30,088 nt of DNA. Source: an uncultured Rhodospirillaceae bacterium (lineage in GTDB: Bacteria; Pseudomonadota; Alphaproteobacteria; UBA9219). Positions 1-9,025 of the stretch are shown here, in pieces. Within the stretch, counting starts at the first letter, position 1; each line of letters starts with the position of its first letter. The notes under the pieces are model-generated. The model saw nothing but the letters and a program-made list of their open reading frames with translations, was not told where the DNA came from and ran no database searches. The stretch spans positions 1,358-31,445 of the forward strand of contig CAZQOE010000002.1 of the NCBI GenBank assembly GCA_964594935.1. The letters are read 5' to 3'. The translations under genes were made by a program, and so were the position numbers.

Positions 1-52
1 CAGCTGACTCTTAATCAGCGGGTCGGGAGTTCGAGCCTCCCATCGCCCACCA
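1..52 (+). tRNA. tRNA-Lys(CTT), 5' end truncated by window edge
   Basis: Anticodon arm GCTGA-CTCTTAA-TCAGC (anticodon CTT at 10-12), T-arm GGGAG-TTCGAGC-CTCCC, ends in CCA at 50-52. Confidence 0.95.
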
Positions 53-80
53 TTATTCAAACGCTTCGCGTTTGAATAAT
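52..80. terminator. Perfect 13-bp hairpin directly after tRNA-Lys (terminator or processing stem)
   Basis: ATTATTCAAACGC-TTC-GCGTTTGAATAAT; no clear U-tract follows. Confidence 0.55.
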
Positions 81-113
81 GCCGCGCCGAAGCCCGCAGG
101 GCAAAGGCGGGCC
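81..113. repeat. Small palindromic repeat, CGCCGAAGC..AAGGCGG family, copy 1
   Basis: GCCGCGCCGAAGCCCGCAGGGCAAAGGCGGGCC; related copies at 1413-1440 and 24208-24231. Confidence 0.6.
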
Positions 114-260
114 GATTGTCTGTAAAAATAACCCCTCCCCATTATCCAAATTTTATAACGATGTCCTTGCTTAACCGCAGGCCCTTGGCTTTCACCCTAT
201 ATATGTGCGATTATGCGAAATATTATGGCTTAGTTCTTTAACCTATATATCGGGGGATTA

Positions 261-968
261 ATGGAACCGTCAGGCACGCTTAAAGCGCGGCAAATTAAGG
301 CCGGCAGGGCTCTATTAGATTGGTCGCAAGAAAATTTGGCCTCTGCCACGTCGCTATCGATCGCCACAATCAGAAAATTGGAAGCAGGAAACATTTCGCC
401 GCGGGGAAAAACCCAGAATTCCCTCCGATCCGCTTTTGAAGACGCCGGTTTGGAATTTTTGGATCCGGACGGTGTACGCCATAGGCCGGAAGAGATAAAA
501 ATTTTTTAAGGCCCCGAAGGCGCCCGCGCTTTTTACGACGATGTGTATCATTCGCTAAGCAAAGACGGCGGCGAATTAGCGACCGTCGTTATCGACCCGA
601 AGACGTTCTGGGGCGCGATGGGAGATTACGCGGAATTTCACCGCAAAAGAATGGAAGCCATCAAGCATAAAATCACGGCCCGCTGCTTGCTTTCGGAAAA
701 TCCGTCTTTCCTACCGGCCACATCCTACTGCGAGTACCGTATTATTTCCAAATCGTATGTCAATTCGGTTCCTTTCTATGTGTACAAGGATAAATGCGCC
801 ATCCGCACCATCAAGGCCGACCCCGCTCCGAAGATTGTCGTCATTCAATCTTTGTCGGTCGCTGACTCTTTCCGGTTCCAGTTCGATTCCATGTGGGACA
901 AGGCAACCCCTTTAAACAAACTCGATAAAGAAGAAGGCCTTTCAAAGAAAATGCGCGGGCGCAGATAA
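261..968 (+). pseudogene. XRE-family HTH regulator with C-terminal effector-like domain, split by a single in-frame TAA at 507-509
   Basis: ORF 261-509 carries an XRE HTH (RQIKAGRALLDWSQENLASATSLSIATIRKLEAG). ORF 543-968 is in the same frame. Reading through gives EEIKIF*GPEGARAFYDDVYHSLSKDGGE with no other stop. Confidence 0.75.
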
Positions 969-1094
969 AGGGCGCAGGAGCTTGTTTTATCGGCTCTCGA
1001 CTCCGTGTTTTATTCTGCTATAAAGACCGGCCTTCGCGTTTTTCCTTGCCCAAAGGCGGAAAAAAGTGTTTGTTTTCAACGACCAGAATAATGC

Positions 1095-1184
1095 GGAGAG
1101 GTGGCTGAGCGGTCGAAAGCGGCGGTCTCGAAAACCGTTAAGGGTGTATGCCCTTCAAGGGTTCGAATCCCTTCCTCTCCGCCA
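1095..1184 (+). tRNA. tRNA-Ser(CGA)
   Basis: 90 nt, GGAGAGG acceptor stem, anticodon loop CTCGAAA (CGA at 1129-1131), long variable arm AAGGG-TGTATG-CCCTT, GGTTCGAATCC T-loop, encoded CCA. Confidence 0.97.
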
Positions 1185-1186
1185 AT

Positions 1187-1218
1187 AAAAAAGGGCCCCC
1201 AATCGGGGGCCTTTTTTT
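1187..1218. terminator. Intrinsic terminator after tRNA-Ser, bidirectional-looking
   Basis: A-tract, GCCCCC-AATC-GGGGGC stem, T7 tract. Confidence 0.9.
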
Positions 1219-1220
1219 AT

Positions 1221-1472
1221 TGGCTGAAGGGGAGGCAGTGAACGAACCCTTAGTTCGACAAAACGCGACGGTCAGGAGCGTTTTGGACGGAGGCGCAAAA
1301 GCGCCGACGCCCGCAGGGGCAAAAATGCGCAACAAGCGCATTTTTGATCACCATTTTTAAGAGCGACAAGCCCGACGGGCGCAGGCGCGACTAAAAAATT
1401 GCCACTTTGCGAGCCGCGCCGAAGCGCAGCGAAGGCGGGCGCTGCAAAGAAATCTCCTCCTCTCCGCCCAAT
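1221..1472. repeat. tRNA-associated palindromic element bounded by degenerate tRNA-Ser 3'-end sequences
   Basis: The reverse complement of 1221-1251 begins AAGGGTTCG and ends GCCA, like the tRNA 3' end. 1451-1472 AATCTCCTCCTCTCCGCCCAAT resembles 1166-1186. There are several internal hairpins. Confidence 0.55.
1413..1440. repeat. Small palindromic repeat, CGCCGAAGC..AAGGCGG family, copy 2
   Basis: GCCGCGCCGAAGCGCAGCGAAGGCGGGC; first 13 nt identical to 81-93. Confidence 0.6.
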
Positions 1473-1563
1473 TAAGAACTTCGGCGCGTAGCGCCGGCAA
1501 AGCACCTCTATAAACAGAAATTTGATGAAGACTAAAAAGCGTGATAATATTCGGCATAGAAAC

Positions 1564-1851
1564 ATGACACAGAATTTAGAAATTCGCTGGGAACAGCACG
1601 CCGTATCGGCAGCCAATGTACGAAAAGTTGATTTTTCATATGTAATAAGAGAAATCAATAATTCACCTTTTATCGAGTCTGGAAATTGTAACTTAAGAGA
1701 AGTTTTTATTTTGAAGGCCCCAAGAGACGGGTCATTCTATCCTATAGCTGTTCCTGTTTCCGCAGCAACTGATGGGCAAAAAGAATGGATGACTATTAAG
1801 TCCATTATTCCAAAAAGAGAGTATAAGTCTTTATTTTCTTCGATAAGATAA
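1564..1851 (+). CDS. AT-rich hypothetical protein, weak resemblance to DUF4258/RelE-fold proteins
   Basis: Open frame from ATG 1564 (track starts at TTG 1522). IRWEQHAVSAANVRKVD resembles the x-x-x-H-A-x6-R start pattern of DUF4258. Visibly AT-rich. Confidence 0.55.
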   Translation: MTQNLEIRWEQHAVSAANVRKVDFSYVIREINNSPFIESGNCNLREVFILKAPRDGSFYPIAVPVSAATDGQKEWMTIKSIIPKREYKSLFSSIR

Positions 1852-1896
1852 AAATTTCCCTTTGCTTTTTCTCCCCTCCCCCCCCATCATTTACCC

Positions 1897-3276
1897 ATGC
1901 ACGCCCACACGCGCGAAAAACAAAACGTCGCCATAAGCTCGATGATCGCCAGCGCCTTGATGACGGTCGGCAAGCTTATTGTCGGGTTGATGACGGGCAG
2001 CCTTGGCCTTCTGTCGGAAGCACTGCACAGCCTGCTTGATTTCGGCGCGACGGTCATCACTTTTATGGCCGTGCGCGTGAGCGACAAACCCGCTGACGCC
2101 GACCATCCCTACGGCCACGGCAAAATCGAAAGCGTCGCGGCCTTGGCCGAAACCGCATTGCTTTTTATCACCAGCTTCTGGATCATCAACGAAGCCGCGC
2201 ACCGCATCCTTTCCGGCAAGATTGAGGTCGAAGCGACGTGGTATTCGATCGCGGTAATCCTTGCCTCCATCGCCATCGATTTTTCCCGCGCCCGCGCGTT
2301 GAAACGGGTTGCCGAAAAAACAAGGAGCCAAGCACTAGCCGCCGACGCGCTGCATTTCAGCTCGGATATCCTATCTTCGACCGTTGTTCTGGTCGGCCTC
2401 GGCTTCGTCGCCATCGGCTGGCCCATCGGCGACCCCATCGCCGCCATCGGCGTTTCGATATTTGTTTGCCACGCCGGTTGGGTTTTGGGCCGCAGCACCA
2501 TCGACACGCTGGTCGATGCGGCCCCGCGTGGCGCGGTAAGCCGCGTTACATCTGTCATCGGCGGGGTCGAAGGAGTTGCGGGCGTCGATCGCGTGCGCGT
2601 AAGGCCTGCAGGCAGCGTTCTTTTCGTCGAAGCGGATATCGCAGTAGGGCGCAGCTTTTCCCAGCCGCAGGTCGCCGACATTCGCAAAAAAATCGCCGAG
2701 GCGGTGAAGAACGAAATGCCCGAAGCCGAAGTATCCGTCGCGACGCATCCTTTGGCGCTCGACAGCGAAACGGTTCATCAGCGCGTAATGGCGATCGCCA
2801 ACAATCGGGGGGCGAATGTGCATCATGTTACGGCGCATCGTTCCGGCGAAACGCTCTTTGTCAGCTTCGACCTCGAGGTCGAGGAAAAACTCTCGATCCT
2901 CAAGGCTCACGAAATCGCCTCGCGCCTCGAGGCCGACATTCGCGGCGAATTCGGCAGCGGAATCGAAGTCGAAACGCACATCGAACCGTTTCAGGACGAA
3001 GGCGTGCGCGGCGACAACGTCGACGAAGCGGAACTTGCCAAAATCTCGGTCTTGCTCGAGGTGCTGATAAGGGAAACCGGCATTTTAGGCGGCATGCACA
3101 AAGTGCATGTGCGAAAAACGAAGCACGGATTGATTGTCATTTTTCATTGCCGCACCGCACCGGATCGAACCGTCGCCGAAGTGCATAAAGTCGTCGATGC
3201 GTTGGAATGCAAGTTCCAGACGGCGTACCCGGGCGTCTGGCGCATCGTCGCGCACACCGAACCGGAACTCGGGTAA
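1897..3276 (+). CDS. Cation diffusion facilitator (FieF/CzcD family) with three tandem C-terminal dimerisation domains
   Basis: SEALHSLLD (TM2), DHPYGHGKIES loop, ADALHFSSD (TM5); three repeats ending in VATHP, ETHIEP and AHTEP. Confidence 0.93.
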   Translation: MHAHTREKQNVAISSMIASALMTVGKLIVGLMTGSLGLLSEALHSLLDFGATVITFMAVRVSDKPADADHPYGHGKIESVAALAETALLFITSFWIINEAAHRILSGKIEVEATWYSIAVILASIAIDFSRARALKRVAEKTRSQALAADALHFSSDILSSTVVLVGLGFVAIGWPIGDPIAAIGVSIFVCHAGWVLGRSTIDTLVDAAPRGAVSRVTSVIGGVEGVAGVDRVRVRPAGSVLFVEADIAVGRSFSQPQVADIRKKIAEAVKNEMPEAEVSVATHPLALDSETVHQRVMAIANNRGANVHHVTAHRSGETLFVSFDLEVEEKLSILKAHEIASRLEADIRGEFGSGIEVETHIEPFQDEGVRGDNVDEAELAKISVLLEVLIRETGILGGMHKVHVRKTKHGLIVIFHCRTAPDRTVAEVHKVVDALECKFQTAYPGVWRIVAHTEPELG

Positions 3277-3280
3277 CTCT

Positions 3281-4207
3281 TCATAAACAATCAAGGCCGG
3301 CGCAGGTGTATTGCGGCATCGGTCTTCTGCTTAACTCACGCGCGGTCACAAGCGGCATAACGTGACGTACGTTGTCGTGAAATTTTTCGATTGTTGCGTC
3401 GGAAAAACCTGCCGCCCTTAACGCGGATTCCTGTCGTTCGTATCTGTTGTGCTGCCTGTAGGCCGGATGGTCCTCTAAAATCGGATAATCGCTTCCCATA
3501 ACAATTCTGTTAAGCAATTCAGGATGCTCACGCGCAGCCTCGTACAACAACTGTGCTTTTTCCGGATACGCCAGACAAGAGGTCTCAAGATAAACATTGG
3601 GATGCGCCATGGCCGCGGTCATCATCTCTTGCACCAAATCCCTTAACTCATTCGCATACTCGGGTCTAAAGCGGGGATGATCCTTAAATTGTGGCGCTCC
3701 GTAAGCTCCGGCATGCATCGCAACAATAGCAACATCAGGATAAGCTTCCGCAAGCTTTGCGATCAGAATCCCTCGTGAACGAGTGAGATTTTCATCTTCC
3801 GAATGGAAAAGAACGGGGATTTTTTTCTTCTCTGCGACGTCCATAACTTTTCTTAAATTTTCTACCGTCGCATCCTTTCTTTCAATCATCGGGTGGATTT
3901 TGATGCCTTTGGCAAAGGACGGAATAGTGGGTTTGCCCCAAGCGCGCTCCCAATAGATGGGCGAGACTTCTGCGACGTCCAACAATGCCGCCGCGCCAAT
4001 TCGTAAGTATTCGGCGTTATCGCAAATGGGGCAGATCTGCGCCAATCCTTCCGATTGAATGCGATCCCGCATATCCTCGATCGTGGTGGGCTTGATGGAG
4101 TGGATGCGGCGGCCAAGCTCTTCCCGCTTGGCTTTCTTGGCTTCGCCCCGAAGAGCCCAATAGGGATCAATGACTCCCAAGTGGATGTGAATATCCCGTC
4201 TTTGCAT
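3281..4207 (-). CDS. Amidohydrolase-2 family metal-dependent hydrolase
   Basis: DIHIH, GIKIHP, VLFHS, MHAG, NVYLETS and VMGSDYP motifs in TIM-barrel order. Confidence 0.85.
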   Translation of the reverse strand: MQRRDIHIHLGVIDPYWALRGEAKKAKREELGRRIHSIKPTTIEDMRDRIQSEGLAQICPICDNAEYLRIGAAALLDVAEVSPIYWERAWGKPTIPSFAKGIKIHPMIERKDATVENLRKVMDVAEKKKIPVLFHSEDENLTRSRGILIAKLAEAYPDVAIVAMHAGAYGAPQFKDHPRFRPEYANELRDLVQEMMTAAMAHPNVYLETSCLAYPEKAQLLYEAAREHPELLNRIVMGSDYPILEDHPAYRQHNRYERQESALRAAGFSDATIEKFHDNVRHVMPLVTARELSRRPMPQYTCAGLDCL

Positions 4208-4274
4208 AATTCAGAAAACATAGGGCGACGGCGCACACTTGTCCACGCGCAGAGAGATAAAATTCAGGATTATT

Positions 4275-5783
4275 TTAGAAAGCCTGACCGCGCTTCAATA
4301 CTGTCGGAATCGTCTTAAGCATAATCACGATATCCAGCCACAAACTCCAGTTACGCGCATACCAGGCTTCAAGGGCCACGCGTTCTTTGAACGTAAGCTG
4401 GCTACGGCCGCTGACCTGCCACGGGCCGGTAATGCCCGGGCGCACGGATTCGTACGAGCTGAAGTCTTCGGCGTAGAAGTCTTCCTGCCCTTCCATGCAT
4501 GGACGCGGGCCGACAAGGCTCATATCGCCCTTAAGCACGTTGATAAGCTGCGGCAGCTCGTCGATGCTCGTGCGGCGCAAAAATTGCCCGAACTTTGTGA
4601 CGCGCACGTCGTTCTTAAGCTTCTGGAATTTTTTCCACTCTTCGGCAGCGTCAAGGTCTTGAGCCAACGTACGCTTCAGGACTTCCTCGGCGTCGATGCG
4701 CATCGAACGGAACTTGTAACATTGGAATAGCCTTCCGCCCTGCCCTACGCGCGGCTGTTTGAAGAAGGCGGAACCTCCGTCGCGGCGGATAATCAGAGCA
4801 ACAACGACAAAAAGAGGTAAAAGGCACAGAAGCGCGATGCTTGAAAGCGTCAAGTCGACAAGGCGCTTGACGAAGCGCGGCACGGGCAGCTTCAGGCAGT
4901 TGGTGTCGTGCAGCATCATGATGTCCTGCATCACGAAGTGATGCGGCGTCATCGTGCTTGAAGGCAATCCAAGCCAAGGCGGAACGATAGAAAGAGGAAC
5001 GCGCGCGCGCGGCAACGACTTAAGGGCCGTTTGATAACGTTCGATGTCGCTGCCTTCAAGCGCCAGAAAAACGTATTGCGCGTCGTGCATCATCAAAACT
5101 TGCTTCCACGCAGGCGTCTTCTTCATGTTCGAAAGAACCGAAGGCGGCAGTTGATCGACAATCGTAAAACCAAGGGTCTTTTCACGCGTCAACGTACGCA
5201 TGGCTTCCATCGCGGTCGGCCCGTCGCCGATAAGGATCGCAGGAATTTTCCAGACGCCTGCTTTGTCGAGATATTGGCGCACAAGCATGCGATTCAAGAG
5301 TGAAAACAGCGCGAACAGAACCCAGCAAAGAGCGACCCAAAGGCGCGAACTGATATTGTGCGAGGCAAATTCGATAAAGCCGCTTGTAACAAACGCGACG
5401 CTGGTTGCGCCAAGAACGTTTCCGACTCTTTCCCAATACGGCAATCGCTGACGATAGTGGCCGCAGCTATCGAGCCACAAAATCACAGCCAATCCCGTCG
5501 CCCAGAAAATCATGAAGCTTTGCGGCAGAATGAGATTGAAAAGATCCAGAGGAACCGTTCCTTCGGCCAGCGTCCGGCGAACCAGAATCATCAACATGCC
5601 GCCGAGATACGAAAACAGAAGGGCGCAAACATCAGCCGCCAGCATCCAACGGCCCGTCGTGCGCATGCGGCTTTGAAAATCCGGGAAAGCTTGAGGCACA
5701 ACGAAAAAAGCGTCTTTCCGACCAAAATCGGAAACAAACGTCTTCTCGGCTACGAAAGCTTTGTCAGTATGAAGTTGAAACAT
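4275..5783 (-). CDS. wbaP: Undecaprenyl-phosphate sugar phosphotransferase (WbaP-type)
   Basis: Four N-terminal TM segments, ILIGDG Rossmann-like segment, [62 protein letters not shown]. Confidence 0.88.
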   Translation of the reverse strand: MFQLHTDKAFVAEKTFVSDFGRKDAFFVVPQAFPDFQSRMRTTGRWMLAADVCALLFSYLGGMLMILVRRTLAEGTVPLDLFNLILPQSFMIFWATGLAVILWLDSCGHYRQRLPYWERVGNVLGATSVAFVTSGFIEFASHNISSRLWVALCWVLFALFSLLNRMLVRQYLDKAGVWKIPAILIGDGPTAMEAMRTLTREKTLGFTIVDQLPPSVLSNMKKTPAWKQVLMMHDAQYVFLALEGSDIERYQTALKSLPRARVPLSIVPPWLGLPSSTMTPHHFVMQDIMMLHDTNCLKLPVPRFVKRLVDLTLSSIALLCLLPLFVVVALIIRRDGGSAFFKQPRVGQGGRLFQCYKFRSMRIDAEEVLKRTLAQDLDAAEEWKKFQKLKNDVRVTKFGQFLRRTSIDELPQLINVLKGDMSLVGPRPCMEGQEDFYAEDFSSYESVRPGITGPWQVSGRSQLTFKERVALEAWYARNWSLWLDIVIMLKTIPTVLKRGQAF

Positions 5784-6047
5784 AATTCCTCAGTAAAGTT
5801 CGTTTTTCAGCAAAAAGGTCTTTTTGTTCGTTTATTTACCAATATTTCACAATAATTAACCAAAACACCCTTTTTCAGCCATTTTTTGCCCTGTTTGTTA
5901 ACCTATATACCACGAAAGCATTAACTTCTCAACTGAAAGCGCCGTTTCGTGGGGTGCCCCTATACACTATCACACAACCGCATTCAAGCTATCTTGTTAT
6001 TACTAAAGATATATTTTTTTATTATCCTTAATTATCCACAGAATTTT

Positions 6048-6824
6048 TTAGGCTTGGGCTTCGTCAGGCCTTTCGGCGCTTCCTGCTTCTTTTTTATAAA
6101 ATTCTAAAAGCCTTTGGCGCGCCTGCGGAAGGTCTCCATCGCGGGAGATCAAAATGCGGGAATGAGGGTTGGCAAACACATGGCGGGACAAAAAATGCCC
6201 CGTCATTTCGAGCCCCTGCAAAATATCCGAGGCGGTCCACGTGCCTCCGCCGAGCAGAAACGCGGGCAAAGGAAAAAGTTTTTCGCGGTAAGGCTCTCCG
6301 GCTTTGCGGGACACGGCGCGGCCCGTGCGCGGACTGACGTATTCAAGATTTTCGGTGTCGCCGCTCGCGGCGCATTGGGTAAGGTCGAGTCCGTAGCCAA
6401 GCGCCTGCAACAACGCCATTTCCCATTTGATATAAACAGGAGCCCACAAATCGGGATCTTGCAAAGACAACAACGTCGCAAGGCCAGCGTAAACCCCCGG
6501 CATCGGCTGGCGTTCGGGCAAGCTTGCTTCCGTAACGGCGCAGGCGCTTGCGATGATCGAGATAATTTCCGGCGCATCGAGCCAAGCAGCAGCCTGCGCT
6601 GCGGCAAGCTCGAGCGTATAGTTGCCGAGATGGTCGACAAGCCGCGCACGCCATTTGGCTTGCACGCGATTACCCGATTGCAGGACAGGCCTTTGGGCGC
6701 GCCCCTGCCCGCCCGGCACAAGCCCAGCATGGCGTCCGTGCGCCGCGGTCAATAACGTCACAACAGCCGCATTTTCGCCGTGGGGACGCGCCGAAAGCAC
6801 AATTCCTTCGTCAATCCATTCCAT
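6048..6824 (-). CDS. recO: DNA repair protein RecO
   Basis: MEWIDEGIVLSARPHGE, LQSGNRVQAKWRARLVDHLG, GYGLDLTQCA, YVSPRTGRAVS: alphaproteobacterial RecO pattern. Confidence 0.95.
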   Translation of the reverse strand: MEWIDEGIVLSARPHGENAAVVTLLTAAHGRHAGLVPGGQGRAQRPVLQSGNRVQAKWRARLVDHLGNYTLELAAAQAAAWLDAPEIISIIASACAVTEASLPERQPMPGVYAGLATLLSLQDPDLWAPVYIKWEMALLQALGYGLDLTQCAASGDTENLEYVSPRTGRAVSRKAGEPYREKLFPLPAFLLGGGTWTASDILQGLEMTGHFLSRHVFANPHSRILISRDGDLPQARQRLLEFYKKEAGSAERPDEAQA

Positions 6825-6897
6825 GAAGAGACCCTAGCAAAGAAGCTTCAGGGCCGCTATAGATGAACTCCCACGATTTTCATTCCAGTAGTTTTTT

Positions 6898-8580
6898 ATG
6901 TCTATCGCTGTCCACTACACATCCATCAAACCGCGAAACGGGACCGGACGCGAGGTTTTTGGCTTGCAGGTGGCGATTGCGGATTTGCTCAAAGCGTATT
7001 TGCGGTATGCGAAGACCGAAAAATTTTCGTTCCTGATCGGAACCGAGGAAGAGCAAAGGGAAATTCACGATTTTGCGGCGCAGGCCGGGATCGATGCGTC
7101 GCGTCTTGTGATGATGGACAGGCGTTTTCCAGAGAAAAACCTCCCGCTGCTCTCCACCGTTTTCCGCACCGAACCCGATACGCGCGATGTGTTGTGGCAA
7201 AGGCAGTTAGGAGGAAATTTTAATTTTTGCGGCCTTGCGCATGCCATCAGCGGCACGGAAGCAGGCCTTGTTTTGCAGGATTACTGCCTTTCGCCGTCGG
7301 AAACGACGGATGCGATCATTTGTCCGTCGCGCGCCGTAAAAAGCGCCATCCGCGCTTTTTGGGATTCTTACGGGGATTATTTGGCCCGGCATTTCGGCGC
7401 TTCGTATCGCTGTCCGGTTCAATTGCCAGTCATTCCTCTAGGCGTCGATGTTGAAAAATTCGCGGCGCGGACGAAACCCGAAAAACGCGCCGTGCAGCGC
7501 AAAGTCCTTGGTGTCGGCGAAAACGATATCGTTTTGCTATGGGTCGGAAGACTAAGCGCGGCAATCAAGGCGCATCCGCTGGCGATGTTCCAAGCCGCAG
7601 AACGCGCGGCTACTCTCTCAGGCGCGCCTGTGCATCTGGTTATGGTCGGCTATTTCGTTCCCGACGAAGCCGAAGCTCAATTTAAAAAACTTTCCGCCGA
7701 CGTTTGTTCAAAAGCCTCGGTTACCTTTATCGCCGCCAACGATCCGCGTTTTCCCGACGGGCTATGGGCCGCAGGCGATATTTTTCTCTCGCTGATCGAC
7801 AATATGCAGGAAAGCTTCGGCCTCACGCCCATCGAAGCGATGGCAGCCGGTTTGCCCCGCGTTGTAAGCGATTGGGACGGCTATCGCGATTGCGTCGCGG
7901 ACGGCGAAGACGGCTTTTTGATACGCACGACGCAGCCGCCCGCCGGAAACGGATTTGAACTGACCGCGCAAGTGCTTGCCGGACGCGAGATGTACGGCGG
8001 ATTTCTGGCCAAAGCCGCGCTGACGGTCGCCGTCGACGCCGAGCAAGCAGGAGACAGGATTGCCCAACTGATCGCGGATAAAAATCTGCGTTTATCAATG
8101 GCCGAAAAAGCACGGGCGCGGGTTCAAACGAACTATGACTGGAAAAACATCATTCCGGCGTATGAAAATCTTTGGAGCGAACTGGAAACGCAACGCAAAA
8201 CCGAAAACACAAAGGCAAAGAAAAAGGATTATGCATCGGCGACGCCCCTCCTGCCTGACCCTTACACGATGTATAAGGCTTATCCTTCGGCAACATTGGG
8301 CGAGAACGACCGCTTATCGCTGGGCCCCGCCGCCGATCAGGTGCGCGTCCTGCTGCAGCATGATCTAAACGCCTACGCCCATGATGTGCTGATACCGCCT
8401 TTTGATATTTCTACGCTTCTAGGATGGATGGGAGAAAATTCAGGCGCCACGATTGCCGACGCCTTCGCCCTTTTTCCATCCGCCGACAAACCCAGTCTCT
8501 GGCGTACGATCGCATGGTTACAAAAATTAGGAATAGTTAAAATTCAGCTTGCCAAGCCATTCAAGGTGGGTAAAGTCTGA
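6898..8580 (+). CDS. Glycosyltransferase family 4 (GT-B fold) with C-terminal extension
   Basis: VIPLGVD, LLWVGRLS, ESFGLTPIEAMAAGLPRVVSDWDGYRDCVADGEDG. Confidence 0.9.
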   Translation: MSIAVHYTSIKPRNGTGREVFGLQVAIADLLKAYLRYAKTEKFSFLIGTEEEQREIHDFAAQAGIDASRLVMMDRRFPEKNLPLLSTVFRTEPDTRDVLWQRQLGGNFNFCGLAHAISGTEAGLVLQDYCLSPSETTDAIICPSRAVKSAIRAFWDSYGDYLARHFGASYRCPVQLPVIPLGVDVEKFAARTKPEKRAVQRKVLGVGENDIVLLWVGRLSAAIKAHPLAMFQAAERAATLSGAPVHLVMVGYFVPDEAEAQFKKLSADVCSKASVTFIAANDPRFPDGLWAAGDIFLSLIDNMQESFGLTPIEAMAAGLPRVVSDWDGYRDCVADGEDGFLIRTTQPPAGNGFELTAQVLAGREMYGGFLAKAALTVAVDAEQAGDRIAQLIADKNLRLSMAEKARARVQTNYDWKNIIPAYENLWSELETQRKTENTKAKKKDYASATPLLPDPYTMYKAYPSATLGENDRLSLGPAADQVRVLLQHDLNAYAHDVLIPPFDISTLLGWMGENSGATIADAFALFPSADKPSLWRTIAWLQKLGIVKIQLAKPFKVGKV

Positions 8581-8696
8581 AACGCAGCCGCGCAGGTTGC
8601 AAGGGTCTGTTTTTGTTTCCTGTTCCCCTTGGTAAATACAGGGATTGAAAACAGGAAATTCAACACTACATATTATCGAGTTCCAAGGAGAATCCA

Positions 8697-9023
8697 ATGG
8701 GTGCGAATACGAAAGCCGTAACGGATGCGAATTTTGAGGCTGAAGTTCTTAAATCAGCTCTGCCCGTCGTGGTTGATTTTTGGGCCGAATGGTGCGGCCC
8801 ATGCAAAATGATTGGCCCCGTTCTCGAAGAAATCGCAGCCGAGCTTCAGGGACAAATAACAGTTGCCAAGGTCAACGTCGATGAAAGTTCTGTAGTGCCC
8901 GGTAAGTACGGCATTCGCAGCATTCCGACGCTCATGATTTTCAAGAACGGTCAAGTTGTCGCGACCAAAGTCGGCGCCGTGCCAAAAGCCGCGCTACAGA
9001 CGTGGATTAAGGAAAACGCTTAA
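8697..9023 (+). CDS. trxA: Thioredoxin
   Basis: [31 protein letters not shown]; AAGGAG RBS upstream. Confidence 0.98.
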   Translation: MGANTKAVTDANFEAEVLKSALPVVVDFWAEWCGPCKMIGPVLEEIAAELQGQITVAKVNVDESSVVPGKYGIRSIPTLMIFKNGQVVATKVGAVPKAALQTWIKENA

Positions 9024-9025
9024 GG

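Noticed and set aside
507-509. Stop-codon reassignment or programmed readthrough of TAA
   Set aside because: Many clear genes here (trxA, rplL, rplO, rlpA, holB) end in TAA exactly at their expected C-termini, so the code is standard.
1138-1658. ORFs 1138-1341, 1148-1360, 1272-1658, 1357-1557
   Set aside because: They overlap tRNA-Ser, its terminator and palindromic DNA; stop-poor GC-rich hairpin sequence.
1-1890. Intact prophage or integrative element at the tRNAs
   Set aside because: No integrase or phage genes; only short degenerate tRNA-end repeats, reported as a finding.
8616-8658. Inverted repeat TTTCCTGTT / AACAGGAAA upstream of trxA
   Set aside because: Only 9 bp with a long AT-rich spacer; cannot tell terminator, operator or chance apart.
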